Shown in pieces: positions 39,191-51,426 of a DNA stretch of 64,000 nucleotides. The position numbers and the translations under genes are program-made. The stretch spans positions 76,200,001 to 76,264,000 of the forward strand of contig NC_087437.1 in assembly GCF_036321535.1 (NCBI RefSeq). Reading direction: 5' to 3'. The notes beneath the pieces are model-generated. The model searched no databases. It was not told where the DNA came from and was given only the letters and a program-made list of their open reading frames with translations. Each line of letters starts with the position of its first letter. Positions within the stretch are counted from its first letter, which is position 1. This DNA comes from Camelus dromedarius. Taxonomy: Eukaryota.

Positions 39191-42154
39191 TAATGTTATC
39201 AGAGAGGAGTTCTTTGATGGGTGGAATATACTAATTCTTGTTAATTCAAACAAAAGCAGGAAATTATGGGATGAAATGGAAAGGCTCTTAGAAATGAATG
39301 AAGAGCTGCAGAACCGGATCTCAGAAAGCCCAGGGACACTTTCAACTCCAGGGATCAAGATCACTTTTGGTGAGAATATCTCCATTATGATTAATTTGCT
39401 CAAACTCTTTTCCATCCTTTCTTCATGCCACTGAGGACAATGGAATGAAACAGTCCACTTGCCTTTATCTAAGTTTTATGCTTACCCTTTGGCCAGAGTA
39501 GAAAAGAACACTTTGCTTGACCCTCCCACCAAGATTGCATGGTACCTGGTGTGAGGAGGAGGGGGCACTGGTGGAGGTGGCAGGGAGCCGAGTTAGGACA
39601 AATATTTAGATAGATGCAATGTATTGGTAACATTCTACTTCTTAGATTCACAGGTGTGCTCATTTTATAACTTACATAAATGTTACATTATTCTTTTGTA
39701 TGTATCAAGTATATTTTGAAAATAAAAGTAAAAGAAACAATAGAAAAAATTTCATGCAAAGAAGGCTATTAGATTTCCAAAGTAAAACTGGAGTACTACT
39801 AAGAGAACAAGGCAAACAGATACTAGGCAGGTGAAAACAAGAGATCTGTAACATCTCCAACGGCCACAGTGCAACTGAGCTATCAGTTTATTAAACGTGT
39901 TACGAAAGAAAAATAGGTTTACGCTAGTTTTAGTGATTCTACGTTGGCTCCTAGAGATAACTTGGTCTTTTTTCTAAGTACACACAGATATTTCCTTCAC
40001 TTGCCTGTCTTAGTCAAATTTCATTTTGTTTCAAGGACCACAAATCCATTCAGATAAGCTTAAGAAAAAAAGGATCTTAACTATGACTACTGGGGTTTCT
40101 CACAGAACTCAAGAGCAGTAAGGATAATCAGGGGTAGAAACGAAAGCACGTGGCCTCCATTGCTGTCAGTGTCCCCAGATGAGGGGCAAGGATTCACCTA
40201 TAAAGGAGGCTGCTCTTTTGGTGTCTGTAGGCAAAAACAGTCCTCTAAAGTGAGCACAGCAATGGGAGGAGATAATGGGCATTTTACTACGTAGTACTTC
40301 CTAGAAAATTATCCAGGCTGTATGTCTCATTTACTACCCTATAATTTGCAGAATCTACTTTTTTTCCCCAGACCCCAGGACATTTAACTAGAGTATTTAT
40401 TGGCCTGATTTCATACCCACATCTATTTAGAAATAAATTATTTCTTTATATGTTTATTTGTTATATTCCTTGACTCATTCCAGAAAGGATTTCCATTGAT
40501 CTTTAGCAGTTCAAACTTAACTGCCTAGTTTCTCAAACTCTCAGGTATTATTCAGTAGATCTAGGAAATCTGAACACATTTAGAATGCCTAGGTGGTCTC
40601 TTAATTTTTTTTTTAAACGTATGTTTACTTCCTATTACATTATACAGCAATCTACTTAAACTAGCTAAAGAATAGGAGGATTTATTAGAATCACCACACA
40701 GGTAAGGTTACGGCAAGGAACAACCAACAGAAAACTATACTTTAAACCCCAAATGAAGTGAGATTATCAGGGCTCGGAGATAGGCAGTAGGCCAGGAACA
40801 TTTTCTGAAGGTGCAGTTGCAATGAGGGAAGTACAGCTGTGAGAAAGGTTGCTTTAACCTGAAGTGGCATGGGACAGACAGGAGAGGCATGCAACTGAGA
40901 AGTTAACTAAAACAATGATGTTCTGAGGTAATGGAGTTAAAACTAAGGGAAGAGCGTTATGTAAAATGATGGTTTCTGTATGCATTCACCACTAGGCTCA
41001 CCCCAATCACATGGAGTTAGTGACAAAAAACAAATCTGTTGAGGATGGCCAGAAAGGACAGCTTTAAAAAACAAAGAAAAAACTACAATGTGACAGTGCT
41101 CAAAAAGGAAGCATTAAACTTGTTACCTGAAATTAAGCTGAAGTCTCTTTACAGTGGAAGAAACGACTCCAGGTCTTAGGAGTACTAAACTGTTTGGAAA
41201 GGGATGTTTTCCTTCTTCATCATTTGACATCTTTTCTTACAATACCATCTTCTTCATTCAAAAACAAAACTTCCTCCTCTGTTGGATGTCTAATTCTCTT
41301 TCCAAATATCAGATTGACTGTTACAAGTCTGCTCAAGTGCTGACCTTTGGCCAGTGCTATTTAGAGAAGGAAAAATGAAATGAATAACTTTGCTTGTCAC
41401 AATATAGGAGGGAGGGAAGGAAGAAATGAGAGAAGGTAAAAAATAGGAAGGGAGGGAAGAAAGACATGTTCTAAGAGAAGTTATGCTGAGATGACTTCAG
41501 AAGTCACCCGTCCTGGGCTCTGACTGCATTTAGATGTGACCTGGGTGGAAGAGGGGAGAAAATAAATATAAAAGAAACTTTTTCTAAGTTGATAATTCTG
41601 AATTAGAAGAAGAAAGTCTCTCCAGCAACATCTGGGTCCCCACAGGACTGAGGGATAAGGGCCTCTCTGCCCTCTAAGTCCCCAGCTACCCCAGACCCAA
41701 GTCAGTGGCTGCAGCAAGACAGGGCCTCCTTTAGCCATCCTGCCTTAGGTGATACGCATCTTCCTACTATACCTTAATGGCTCAGAAGAGTCCTATTCCT
41801 TCTCTTCAGTCTTACTTGTTCTGTTCACAGAAGAAAAGCAGGCAGCAGAAAGCTCTCACTTTTTCATCTATCCAGTCTTCCCTTCCCAATTTGGAGGCTG
41901 TATCTGCCCTCACAGACCGGAGTTGTCTCTAGCACTCCAAAAGAGGAAGAGCTAGCGATTTGCAAGGAATCTCAGAGTGGTAAGTAGGGAAGAGCTGGTC
42001 CAAATTCTTGGCAGTCCTCTGTGAAACCAGTGGCTTTTCAATCCTAAGTGAAGTAAAGAAGAAAAGAGTATCCAATAAAGTTCAAACTGTTCTCCCAGTT
42101 AGGTTGGAAGGAAGAACCAAGCTCTAGGAGCCACTAAGTTTCCTGGGTTACACG

Positions 42155-42280
42155 TCCATTAATTCATTCAACAGCATTTATTAAGTGCCTTCTCTGGGCC
42201 AGATACTGTGGTTATTGCAAGAGATACCAAACAGATGTGGTCCCCTGCGAATGGAGCTTATGGCCTACCAGCAGAGATGG
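42155..42280 (-). mobile_element. L2 3' end
   Basis: ATTCATTCAACAGCATTTATTAAGTGCCTTCTCTGGGCCAGATACTGTG...ATGGAGCTTA. Confidence 0.8.
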
Positions 42281-43049
42281 ATGTAACATACAACACAGAC
42301 ACAGTGTTTCTTGGAATCAGGGAGAGAGGCAAAGCAAACCCGTTTGCAGTGCTGGGGGATCTAAAAGTGGAGGAGCAGAGGCAGGATCTGAGGGTGCTAA
42401 AAGTTTAGCTGTTTTAAAGAGTAAAGAGGTTTTCCTTAGTCAGCTAAGGGAAAAGGCTGGATTTGGGTATATTTAGATTCTTAGGCTAGCTTTGTATTCT
42501 AAGTAAAAGAAAATGCTACTTTGGGACATGTCTTTTTTATGATTTTTGTATTCAGTATTATTCTTTATAAATTCTAAGGTTTGTGTGTAGTAGTGAGTGG
42601 TTGGGAGAGACGATTTTATTTGCTTCTGAAGTTTCAGTAGGAGGCTAAATGTACTAGTATTCAGAAAAAAAAATTAAAGTGTTAGTCGTTATAAGAAGAT
42701 ATGTTAGGAAATACAACATATTGGAGGTTTCAGGTACCAGCTACACTGAACAAAAATTGAACTATGTTGCTAGCGATAAGATTGACCATTTCCATAGTTA
42801 AAGCATGTCTGGTAAGGATGGAAAATACTGGATAGTGATGTAGATTTTAGTTTTGTTTTTATTTTGGACAGAAATAATTACATTCTGATTTTATGTCATT
42901 TCTTATGAAATAGACCTGTTGCTCTCCTGGGATTGTGTATCTTTGCTAAGCTATGCAATCTGTATTGGTATTTGCTTTATCTACGCATGATCATAGGGTG
43001 TGTATGAACAAAGACTCCCGGTGGAGACAGAATTTCTTAGAGCTGAAGA

Positions 43050-43380
43050 ACTGGTGTTTTTGGAGTCAGAAAGATCTGAATTCAAACACTGGCTTCACTA
43101 CTTATTAGCTATGTGACTTTAGATAACCTTTTTTTTTTTTTTTGAGGTAACATTGGCTTATAGGATTAAATAAATTTATGTATACACTACAGCATGCTCA
43201 CTACCAAAAATTTGGTTTCCATCTATTGGGCAAACTTCTTAAACCCGACAAGCCTTTGACTTCAGTTTCCTAACCTGTAAGATGAGGATAACGGTTCCTA
43301 CATGTCAGGCTTATTGTGAGAATTAAATAAGATACTGCATGTAAAAACAGTCTCTGACACTCAATAAATAGTGGCTCTTA
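43050..43380 (+). mobile_element. MIR interrupted by an antisense L1 3' fragment (~43128-43225)
   Basis: MIR halves GGAGTCAGAAAGATCTGAATTCAAA...GCTATGTGAC and CTTCAGTTTCCTAACCTGTAAGATGAGGATAA flank a poly(T) followed by GAGGTAACATTGG...CTCACTACCAAAAATTTGGTTTCCATC. Confidence 0.8.
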
Positions 43381-43764
43381 TTTTAAGTGTGGCTTGTCAT
43401 ATACAGTAATGTTTTGTGTCCAATAATACGGAGCCCTGGAAGGTAAACAGAAATTATATCTTCTGAGAATGACAATTAAAATGCTTGAGAGATTTGGGAG
43501 GGCCATTGATGGAAGATTGCTAAAAGTTAATATGGTGGCACAGTAAGTACAATGGGTGGAATGAACTAAATATTTCCTTCTGTTTTCTTTACAAAAGACA
43601 GTGGTGTTCACAGTTTAGCTAACATTGGAGAATTTCGGAGTATTTATGCACTTCTGATTTGACTTATTTCACTTTCTTAATATAAGTCTGTAGTCTAACA
43701 AGAACTCTAACATTTTTAGCTCGAAGTCACCATTGTATCCATAACGCTCTGCAGTCTTATGATA

Positions 43765-43920
43765 GCATCTTTCAAAATGTAGTTCATCAGAATCACCCAG
43801 GTGACTTGTTACAAATTCAGATTCCTGGCTCTGACGTGTGAAGAACTCTCTAAATTTCAAATAAATATCTCAACCCAGCTGATTTTTATCATTCCCTAAG
43901 CTGAAGAATGACTAGACCAC
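43765..43920. mobile_element. MER5-like
   Basis: CATCAGAATCACCCAGGTGACTTGTTACAAATTCAGATTCCTGG. Confidence 0.75.
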
Positions 43921-45019
43921 ATGAATAATGGTGCTTCACAGATCATCTCTACTCTCCAAGCTCCATCAGGTTGTGCCTATTATTTAAATGGTAGTTTCTA
44001 TGAAACATTTATGGGACACACCCTAAAATCCTCACAGGACATAAAACTATTTGTTCTTTATGCCTTAACAACCATTCCAATGTCACTTGATTAAAAATCA
44101 TTTATTTTCTCTTCCAGTCTTCAGAAACAATTGTCTTTCCCTGCTTGTTGTGGTTAACAGCTAAACTGTTACCTTATTCTTGTTACTGAAGAATAGGGCT
44201 GGTGTTGGAGCAAAGGAGAATACGTGTGTTATTGGGATCGTGGAGGCCCTCTGGTTTATGCAAACCTCTCGATGGTTGAACTTGTTAAAGGTGGCCTTTC
44301 TCTCCCTGGTTCCCTCTGTCCTTACAGTCTCAGATGTCCCCGGAATATATCTCCATAGCATCCCCAACCTAGAGGTCCCTGACCCTTCTTCCACCCTGAT
44401 TACTACTCCAGATCCATTTTGACCACATCAGCCATATACCTGTGATGACTATCTGATTCTGCTTCTAGAAATTTGTTATCTTTGAAGGCAGTAAAACTTA
44501 TATTTCCATGTTCCAGTTTGTAAACAGAAAAGAAATATATGTGTCAAAGTGTCAACTCAACTTGTGGGGTATGGAGTAGAAAAGGAAAGATGCCTATGAC
44601 ATCAGGGAAAACATCTCTACCTTTATTTTACCTGACCTAAGTGATTGCAGGCAAAGAGGCAGGTAAGCCACGGAGGCAGATCTGATTGTGAGTACTTAAC
44701 TCATTAAGCCATTTTCTACTGCCCAGGCAACATGATGAGGTTTGATATTTGAGTTCTTTGGTTTGGTGGATTGATTCATAGATGAAACAATGCTAATTTA
44801 CTTTTGATTAAAAATGTTTTTAAGAGATGCTTCTAGCTTTTCTGGAGATAGACATTCTTTATGTGGTAATTTGGAAAGCAAAACTTCTTCAGCATGAATC
44901 TGTTAATGTCCCACAAAAGAAACCTGTCCATTTAACCACTTAAATAAAATCAGGCCTGTAGGCTGAGATGGCTCCACCAGCACTGTGGTTCACAGGGGTG
45001 GCATTACATAGTCTGTTAC

Positions 45020-45230
45020 AAAGCATTGGTGACACCCAGGGGCTTTGGAATCAATGTGGGCTTTGAGTCCTGGCTCCACCCTTCATTAGTTGTATGAGCC
45101 TGGATAAGTTATGCAGCCTCAATTTCATCAACTGTTGGATGAGGGTAATAGTGGCTGTGGTAATAAGGTAATGAACATAAAGCTCTTTGCATTGCTCCTG
45201 GCATGTTGCGGCACTGTGTAAGTGTTCTTT
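45020..45230 (+). mobile_element. MIR
   Basis: GGCTTTGGAATCAA...GAGTCCTGGCTCCACC...AGCCTCAATTTCATCAACTG. Confidence 0.7.
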
Positions 45231-45361
45231 TCCTTTGTCTTCTTATGATTCTATTGTCCCCAACTTTTCTTTGCATCTTTCTTTGCAACTAATTTTCAAA
45301 TGTAACTATATAATATATCAAGATGTGCCTTAATTCCCTATTCTTCATTTTCCCAATTTTG

Positions 45362-45650
45362 TTTATTAATTCAGCAAGTATTTCCTGAGCACCTACTATA
45401 TGCCAGGCACTATTTGAGGTGAGCAATCAGAGAACTAAACAGATAGAAATCCTTGCCATCATGGAGCTTACATTCCAGTTGAGGAGAGAAATATGAGACG
45501 AAAAACATAGTAAATGAGTTAATTACATAGTATGCTAAGTGGTATAAGTATTATGAAAAAAGAGAGAGAGCAGGGGAATGGAGACTGGGTGTAGAGGTGT
45601 TCCAGTTTCAAATGAAATGATCAGATAGATCTTTCTGAGTTGTTTAAACA
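45362..45650 (-). mobile_element. L2a 3' region
   Basis: ATTCAGCAAGTATTTCCTGAGCACCTACTATATGCCAGGCACT...CATGGAGCTTACATTCCAG. Confidence 0.88.
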
Positions 45651-46997
45651 CAGAGCGAGTGGGAACTGCCTTTTTTGTGAAGTTGTGCAGAGCTCACTAT
45701 ACTTGAGTAATTTTAAGCAAAAGTGAGAGACTGGAATGCTTAAAAGAAGTAGGATGTTATTCCTTAATCTCTCAAATGCAGCAGGAAACAAGCAGAAGGC
45801 AGCTTAGTGAGGCTTGCCCATTAGGTGGCAAGAACTATTTTTCTGTTTGTTTTCTCTTTTTGACCTCACTAACCTGTAATTCCCAAGATTACAGAATCTT
45901 CATCTCTCACTGGCCTTGCTTTCTGTCTCAGGACCTTGGGTAATGGTCAGTGTTATCAGTGAAAAATAATAAATTAAAGTTTCTTATGCTACATCTCTGT
46001 GCTTTATGCAACAGAAATCCTTTGCAATTCAGGGAAACATGTAATTTAATTACAAACCCATGATTGGGTTTAACCTTAGACAAGTTTTATTAAAACAAAG
46101 CGTAATTTTTTTTTAAGCCTGATAAAGTAGAAGGAGTCCTGCAGTGGGATTCAGAGGCCAGGGTCTGCCCCAGCCCTGCCACTAACAAGCATTTAACAGT
46201 CTATGTCCCAGACATTCTCACCTATAAATTGGAGGTAAAGAGAGGTGTCCCTTCTACCTCTCTAATTCCAGGAGTCTTTGAAAAACTCCAAGAAAATTTT
46301 TCTCCTAGAAAGTAAAGCAGGTATAATGTGTGGGCCTGTAATCTCCTGACATCTGCTTTACTGAAAACTGCAATTAAGGTGATTTGTCCATTTTTGGATG
46401 GGAACAAAAGTGGAATGGTAATCTTCCACATATTATTTGTGCCTCTTTACCTTTTATGCAGTAAATGAAGGGGAGAATGGATTCTTCCCACATACCGCTC
46501 ACCAGCAGTTTTGCCATATACATAGGACTTCAAGGCCTTTCCATTAGATGTTATCGATCAGACACTTGAAATAATCCAGTACTTAGGAAGTTAAAGAGAC
46601 CTACCAGTGACAAAGGCCTGTCCTCAAGATCTCCAAGCCTTTTAGTCATTATTATTTTAATCCCAGAGTTAACTATATTAGTAATATGTTATTAAATAAG
46701 TACTATGTTATAATCTTCATTTTACATGGGAATAAATTAAAATGCACACAAATGTCTACTAAAAATATTAATCACTGCACACTGTAAACTCAGACCTTTC
46801 CTTAACCTCTGAAACCAGGGACTGGCAAACTGCTGCCTGCAGGGCGAATCTGCTTTCCCTTACCTGCCCACGACCTGTGTTTATACGGCTTTTACATTTT
46901 TTTTAATTGTTGAAAAAAATCAAAAGAATACTATTTGGGGACACGAAAATTATATGACATTCGTATTTCAGTGTTCATAGACAAAGATTTACTGGAC

Positions 46998-47177
46998 TGA
47001 GGGGAGGGTATAGATCAGTGATTGAGAGTGTGCTTAGCATGCACAAAGTACTGGGTTCAATCCCCAGTACCTCCATTAAATAAATCAGTAAATAAACCTA
47101 ATTACCTCCCAATCCCCCAAAGAGTTTAATTTAAAAAATTAATTAATTAAAATTAAATTAAAAATTCGAAGGAAAAA
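46998..47177 (+). mobile_element. Vic-1-type SINE inserted in MER58B
   Basis: GGGGAGGGTATAGATCAGTG...GGGTTCAATCCCCAGTACCTCC...AAACCTAATTACCTCCC; exact 15-nt TSD AAAGATTTACTGGAC at 46983-46997 and 47178-47192. Confidence 0.92.
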
Positions 47178-47222
47178 AAAGATTTACTGGACCACAACCA
47201 TTCTCATTACTTATGTATTACT

Positions 47223-47638
47223 TGTTTCATACAGACTCGTGTGCGTTGGAGGGGGCCCGAGAGGGCGTGACCTCGGGTTGACCTGCAGGCAGGCCCTGCG
47301 CAATCGCAATCGGAGGCGCCTCCCCCACGCCCCCGTCTTGGAGTGTCCGTTCTGCCCACCGTTGCCTCAAGTGGGAGCTGCTCCAGGGAGGCAGCCTGGG
47401 GAGAGGAAGATGTTGAGACCATCTGGACTGAAATACGTGACTGAACCCAGGTAAGGCCTCTGGATAAGCGTTTCTGGCGGGCGGCTGTGGAGATCCACCC
47501 GGCTTGCGGCCGCCGCGGACACGTCTCATATGTAAGGTTTCTCGCTTATTAAACCTGCCACCTACCAGCCTGGAGTGGTCTGCCTCTGTCTTCAGTGTCT
47601 CCAGGCTTCCGTGCCTGGGGCCAGTTTTCCAACCAACA
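47223..47638 (+). mobile_element. CpG-rich solo LTR (ERVL-like, MER73/MER74-type resemblance)
   Basis: TG...CA termini, ~416 bp, ATTAAA followed by CCTGCCACCTACC...GGAGTGGTCTGCCTCT; interrupts MER58B. TSD not resolved. Confidence 0.7.
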
Positions 47639-47924
47639 ATGTGGCTGCTTTCTCCTGAAAACGGCAGATTTGAGTAGTTGTGACAAAGGTCGTATGGCCC
47701 ACTAAGCCTAAGATATTTACTGTCTGACCCTTTGCGGGGAAAAAAAATTGCCAAGCCCTGGTCTGGTCAGGGATCTAAGGAGAACAGACGTAGACTTAAC
47801 GGCATTCCAGCCCCTTATTTTCCGTATACTCGTACGTGGTACCATTTTGCAAGAAAAACCATGTCTTCTCCCGTGCAAATGCATTTCCTCCTTTATGAGT
47901 TGTTAATTGTTATTCATAGAAATC

Positions 47925-48205
47925 CCCATTTGTTCATTCGTTCACTTCACGAGCTCTGAGGGTACACCTACCTGGGAACTAGTAACTAACAAAAAGTATC
48001 TTTATTAGTTTACTTCTATAGACAAATATAGACCATTATTAGACAATAGTGAGAAGTGCCAACCTAGGGTTATGACTGAGACAGAAAAGAAAGGTACTTG
48101 ACTCAGCCGCAGGGGTTGGTGAATGCTTCCTAGAAAATAAAACACTTGAGTTGAGAACAAGAGGATGAGGGGTTAAGAGGGGACATGCATTCCATGTTAG
48201 AGCAA
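47925..48205 (-). mobile_element. L2 fragment
   Basis: TTCATTCGTTCAC...GAATGCTTCCTAGAAAATAAAACACTTGAGTTGAG...GCATTCCA. Confidence 0.55.
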
Positions 48206-48219
48206 TATTTTCCGAAACC

Positions 48220-48745
48220 TGTGTTAGTCAGGGTTCAGTGCAGAAAACAAAAAGCAGTACAGTCATTTTAAGAAGGGAAGGGTTTAGATAAAAATCTGTA
48301 GGTGATTAGGACAAAATCATGGAAGGGCTGGAAGAATGGACTGTAGACTGGCCTCCTACCAGCAATAATTCCCAAAAGACTATAGTACTGTTCCACTGAG
48401 GCCACCATTGGAATTACTCAGTCCGAGAACATGTTGCCATTCTCTGGTGAGGAATCAGGAAGACAGCCCCCTGATGCTGCTGCCACTGGGCTCCACTAGG
48501 GAAAAGGATCTCTGCAAAATTGCTTACCAATAGAAAAATAGCCAGGAGAGTAGGAACGTGGCCTCAGCTCTGTTTTAAATTTCTAAATCTCATGGGAATA
48601 CATCCATTTTGTGCATTCAGAACTCCTGCTGCAAAAGAAGTTGAGAAAGATAGCCATTAGCTTTCTAGTCTCTGCAGCAAAGAAAGGCACCCTAGAAGTA
48701 AGGTGGAGTGCAAGTTGACCAAGCCAAGCCACAGACTCTGCCACA
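48220..48745. mobile_element. MaLR (MLT1-type) LTR
   Basis: TGTGTTAGTCAGGGTTCAGTGCAGAAAACA...GCTTTCTAGTCTCTGCAG...CTCTGCCACA termini. Confidence 0.7.
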
Positions 48746-49229
48746 TGTGCCGAATCAGTGTTACAAGGAATTGCGAATAGTTTGGAATGGCTACAGCAAT
48801 AATTCTCAGAGTCAAGAGCTGATCCCTTTTTAACCTCCAAACATTGAGCCCCTGATACACGTGACAGTAGTTTAACATTTAGCTTCCTACAACTGAGAAA
48901 TATATTACAAATAGTTACATTCAAAAGGAATTTTATCAATCAGAAGAGCAAATAAATATATTTAGAAAATGATGATGATAACAGTAGCTCACATATTTTG
49001 TGTGTATTAATATGTTAACTCATTTACTAATAATGCATTTATATTCAAGCTGTATCATTTGTTTAGTCAGCAAATAATGCCTGGACCACTTATGAATTGA
49101 AGAATTCAGAATTCCAGAACTCTTTTTAGTAATGCCTAGTAAACCAGATATTTTCGACTCACACTTGGGAGCCATTGAGCTATAATACTTTAGGATGTAT
49201 GATAAGGGAGACATAAGCAAAGAGGTTCT

Positions 49230-49570
49230 AAAAGAAGGCCTATTTCTTTAGGTAATAATCAAGAGGTGTTGGGGAGCTACTGAATTCTGAGCAAAGGAAT
49301 GACAAGATCAGATTTTCATGTCGGAAAGACCACTCTGGCAAAGGCTGGCTGATGAACTGAAAGAATGAAAGGCTGAGGGCAAGGAGAAAATATAGGAGGC
49401 TATTTCAGTGATTCAGGTGGGAAAATCAGGGGTCTAATAAACAAGGTTTAGAGAGTGGAGATAAAGGGAAATGGATATTTAGGGGCAGAATTGATTGCTG
49501 ATTGATTGACTTGGTGTGATGTGGATGACTAAGAGGGCAGAAGAAAGAGGCCATGCTTGGGTAACCATGT
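49230..49570 (-). mobile_element. L2 fragment
   Basis: GGGAGCTACTGAATTCTGAGCAAAGGAATGACAAGATCAGATTT...GAAAGACCACTCTGGC...AGGAGGCTATTTCAGTGATTCAGGTG. Confidence 0.8.
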
Positions 49571-49699
49571 AATTATGAAATATAGGGGGAAAATGAATTA
49601 TTTCAAGTTATCAAGATGTATAGATATAGGTCTATTTTTAATATTCTCAATAAAATATATATATTTAAAATAAAAATTAGTAGACTGACATGATTACTG

Positions 49700-50147
49700 T
49701 TCTGAATTAGTCAAGACAAGCTAACTGCTATAAAAATAACCCCAAATCTCAGTGACTTAATACAATAAAGATATATTTCTCATTCACATCACAATCCAAT
49801 GAGGGGTGATATGTGTGCATATGATGGTGAGGAGAGAGTCAGACTCTGCCCCGTGTGATAATTTAGTGACCCAGGCTTTTCCTTACTTTGGTTCTACCAT
49901 CTCCTAGGGCCACTGGATTCTCTACGTTCATCTGGATAAAGGAAGATAGAGAGCTGAATTGCAAATAGGAAGATTTTATGGGCTCTAGGCAAGGAAGAAA
50001 TATGTATCACTTGTGCACACGTCCAAATGATTAGGGCTCAATCGTGTGGCCGCATCTGACTGAGTTAGTTGGTCATGAGAAATGTAACCTAGCTGTGTGC
50101 CCAGGAAAAAGGAGACATTTTCCAGAGCATTTAGCTAGTCTCTACCC
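49700..50147. mobile_element. MaLR MLT1J/K-like LTR
   Basis: GCTATAAAAATAACCCCAAATCTCAGTGACTTAATACAATAAAG...GAAATGTAACCTAGCTGTGTGCCCAGGAA. Confidence 0.8.
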
Positions 50148-50754
50148 TAAGCACTTATTAGGTTATAATGCAGAACTCACAGATTTTTGAAATATGATTG
50201 CAGTGAATGACAAAGTGATTTGAGTTTAATTAGACAATGTCTAAATGTGATTGATGTAACAGAGAAATCTGTGAATCACTTGATTATATTACTGAGGAAA
50301 TTCTGTGGCCATATAGTGTGGGGATTGGAGAGAAATGGGAGGGAGCTGTACCTCTGTTAAGTCCAGAAATAGTTGAACCAAAGATAGAGGAATTATCACG
50401 GTCTCCTGTACTACCTAAGGGTTGGGGTACTCTACCCATTTATTCATTAACTGGTTATTATGTGCCATTTGCTAGGCACTGTTCTAGGTGCTAGAATAGA
50501 ACAACTTATATACTGTCTGCCAGATAGGCATATCCCTAGAGTCAAGGTGGATCTACTAGATCTTCGTGGCTTGAAAGCCCAAGCTTTTATAATATTCTAG
50601 TCAGTACACTTTGCTCTGATTTTCTACCAAAAGATTCTCTTCTAATTCTCTCTTGACTGTCTTCAATCAGGCAGCACAAGTCTTCAAATCCCTGTGGTTC
50701 CTCCTCTCCCTTCTCTTCTCCTCCTCTGTTCTTAACCACCACTGTCATGCTCAT

Positions 50755-50925
50755 CATAATCACCATTCACTGAGTACTGGGCGTTGTGCTGGGTACTTTA
50801 TACATTTCTTCTAAACCTCATGACAGGTGCATTTTACAAACAGAAATACTGATTCTCAGAAATTTAGTCACTTGCCCTCACAGTTAGTAGCAGTGAGCCT
50901 GGATCAGAACCCAGTTCTGCTGATT
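50755..50925 (-). mobile_element. MIR
   Basis: CATTTTACAAACAGAAATACTGATTCTCAGA...GTCACTTGCCC...GAACCCAG. Confidence 0.75.
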
Positions 50926-51181
50926 TCTTAGCTCAAGTTCTTCCAACCATTATGAAAGAGCAAAAATGCATCTAGGTGTATAGATAAGTCCCTTGAAAAT
51001 TTATTAAATGTGAATAACTTTCTAGAATTGATTGAGTCTGGGTACACTGATAAAATTACATTTCTAGCCTCACAACACTCAATCCTGATACTGAGCTGGG
51101 AAAACTCCTCAAAGGTCACTGACCCTGTGAGGTTTTGCCAGGGCTCCGGGTTGGCCACCTGCCTCTAACATCCCTATTTCT

Positions 51182-51426
51182 TTTTTTTTTTTTTTAAGGT
51201 AAAAAGTCATCTGTCTCATTCTTTAATTGAAATGTAGTTGATTTATAGCATTGTGTTAGTTTCAGGTGTTCAGCATAGTGATTCAGTATTTTTTCAGATT
51301 ATATTCCATTATAGGCCATTACAAGATAATGGGTATAATTCCCTGTGCTATACAGTAAATCCTTGTTGCTTATCTAGTTTATATATAGTGGTTTTTATCT
51401 GTTAATCCTATACCCCTAATTTGTTC
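51182..51426 (-). mobile_element. 5'-truncated L1 3' end with poly(A) and TSD
   Basis: TTAATTGAAATGTAGTTGATTTATAGCATTGTGTTAGTTTCAGGTG...TTCCCTGTGCTATACAGTAAATCCTTGTTG; TSD CTAACATCC(C/G)TATTTCT at 51165-51181 and 51427-51443. Confidence 0.88.

Larger units (their letters stand above)
46817..47760 (+). mobile_element. MER58B-like hAT-Charlie MITE split by two insertions
   Basis: TIRs CAGGGACTGGCAAA / TTGCCAAGCCCTG; internal AAAATTATATGACATTCGTATTTCAGTG and GGCAGATTTGAGTAGTTGTGACA match the recalled MER58B consensus. Confidence 0.85.

Noticed and set aside
39107..39434. Overlapping ORFs on both strands
   Set aside because: Adjacent to degraded LINE relics; no splice context or protein similarity.
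47227..47754. 175-aa minus-strand ORF
   Set aside because: Spans the LTR/MER58B junction; a by-product of GC-rich repeat sequence.
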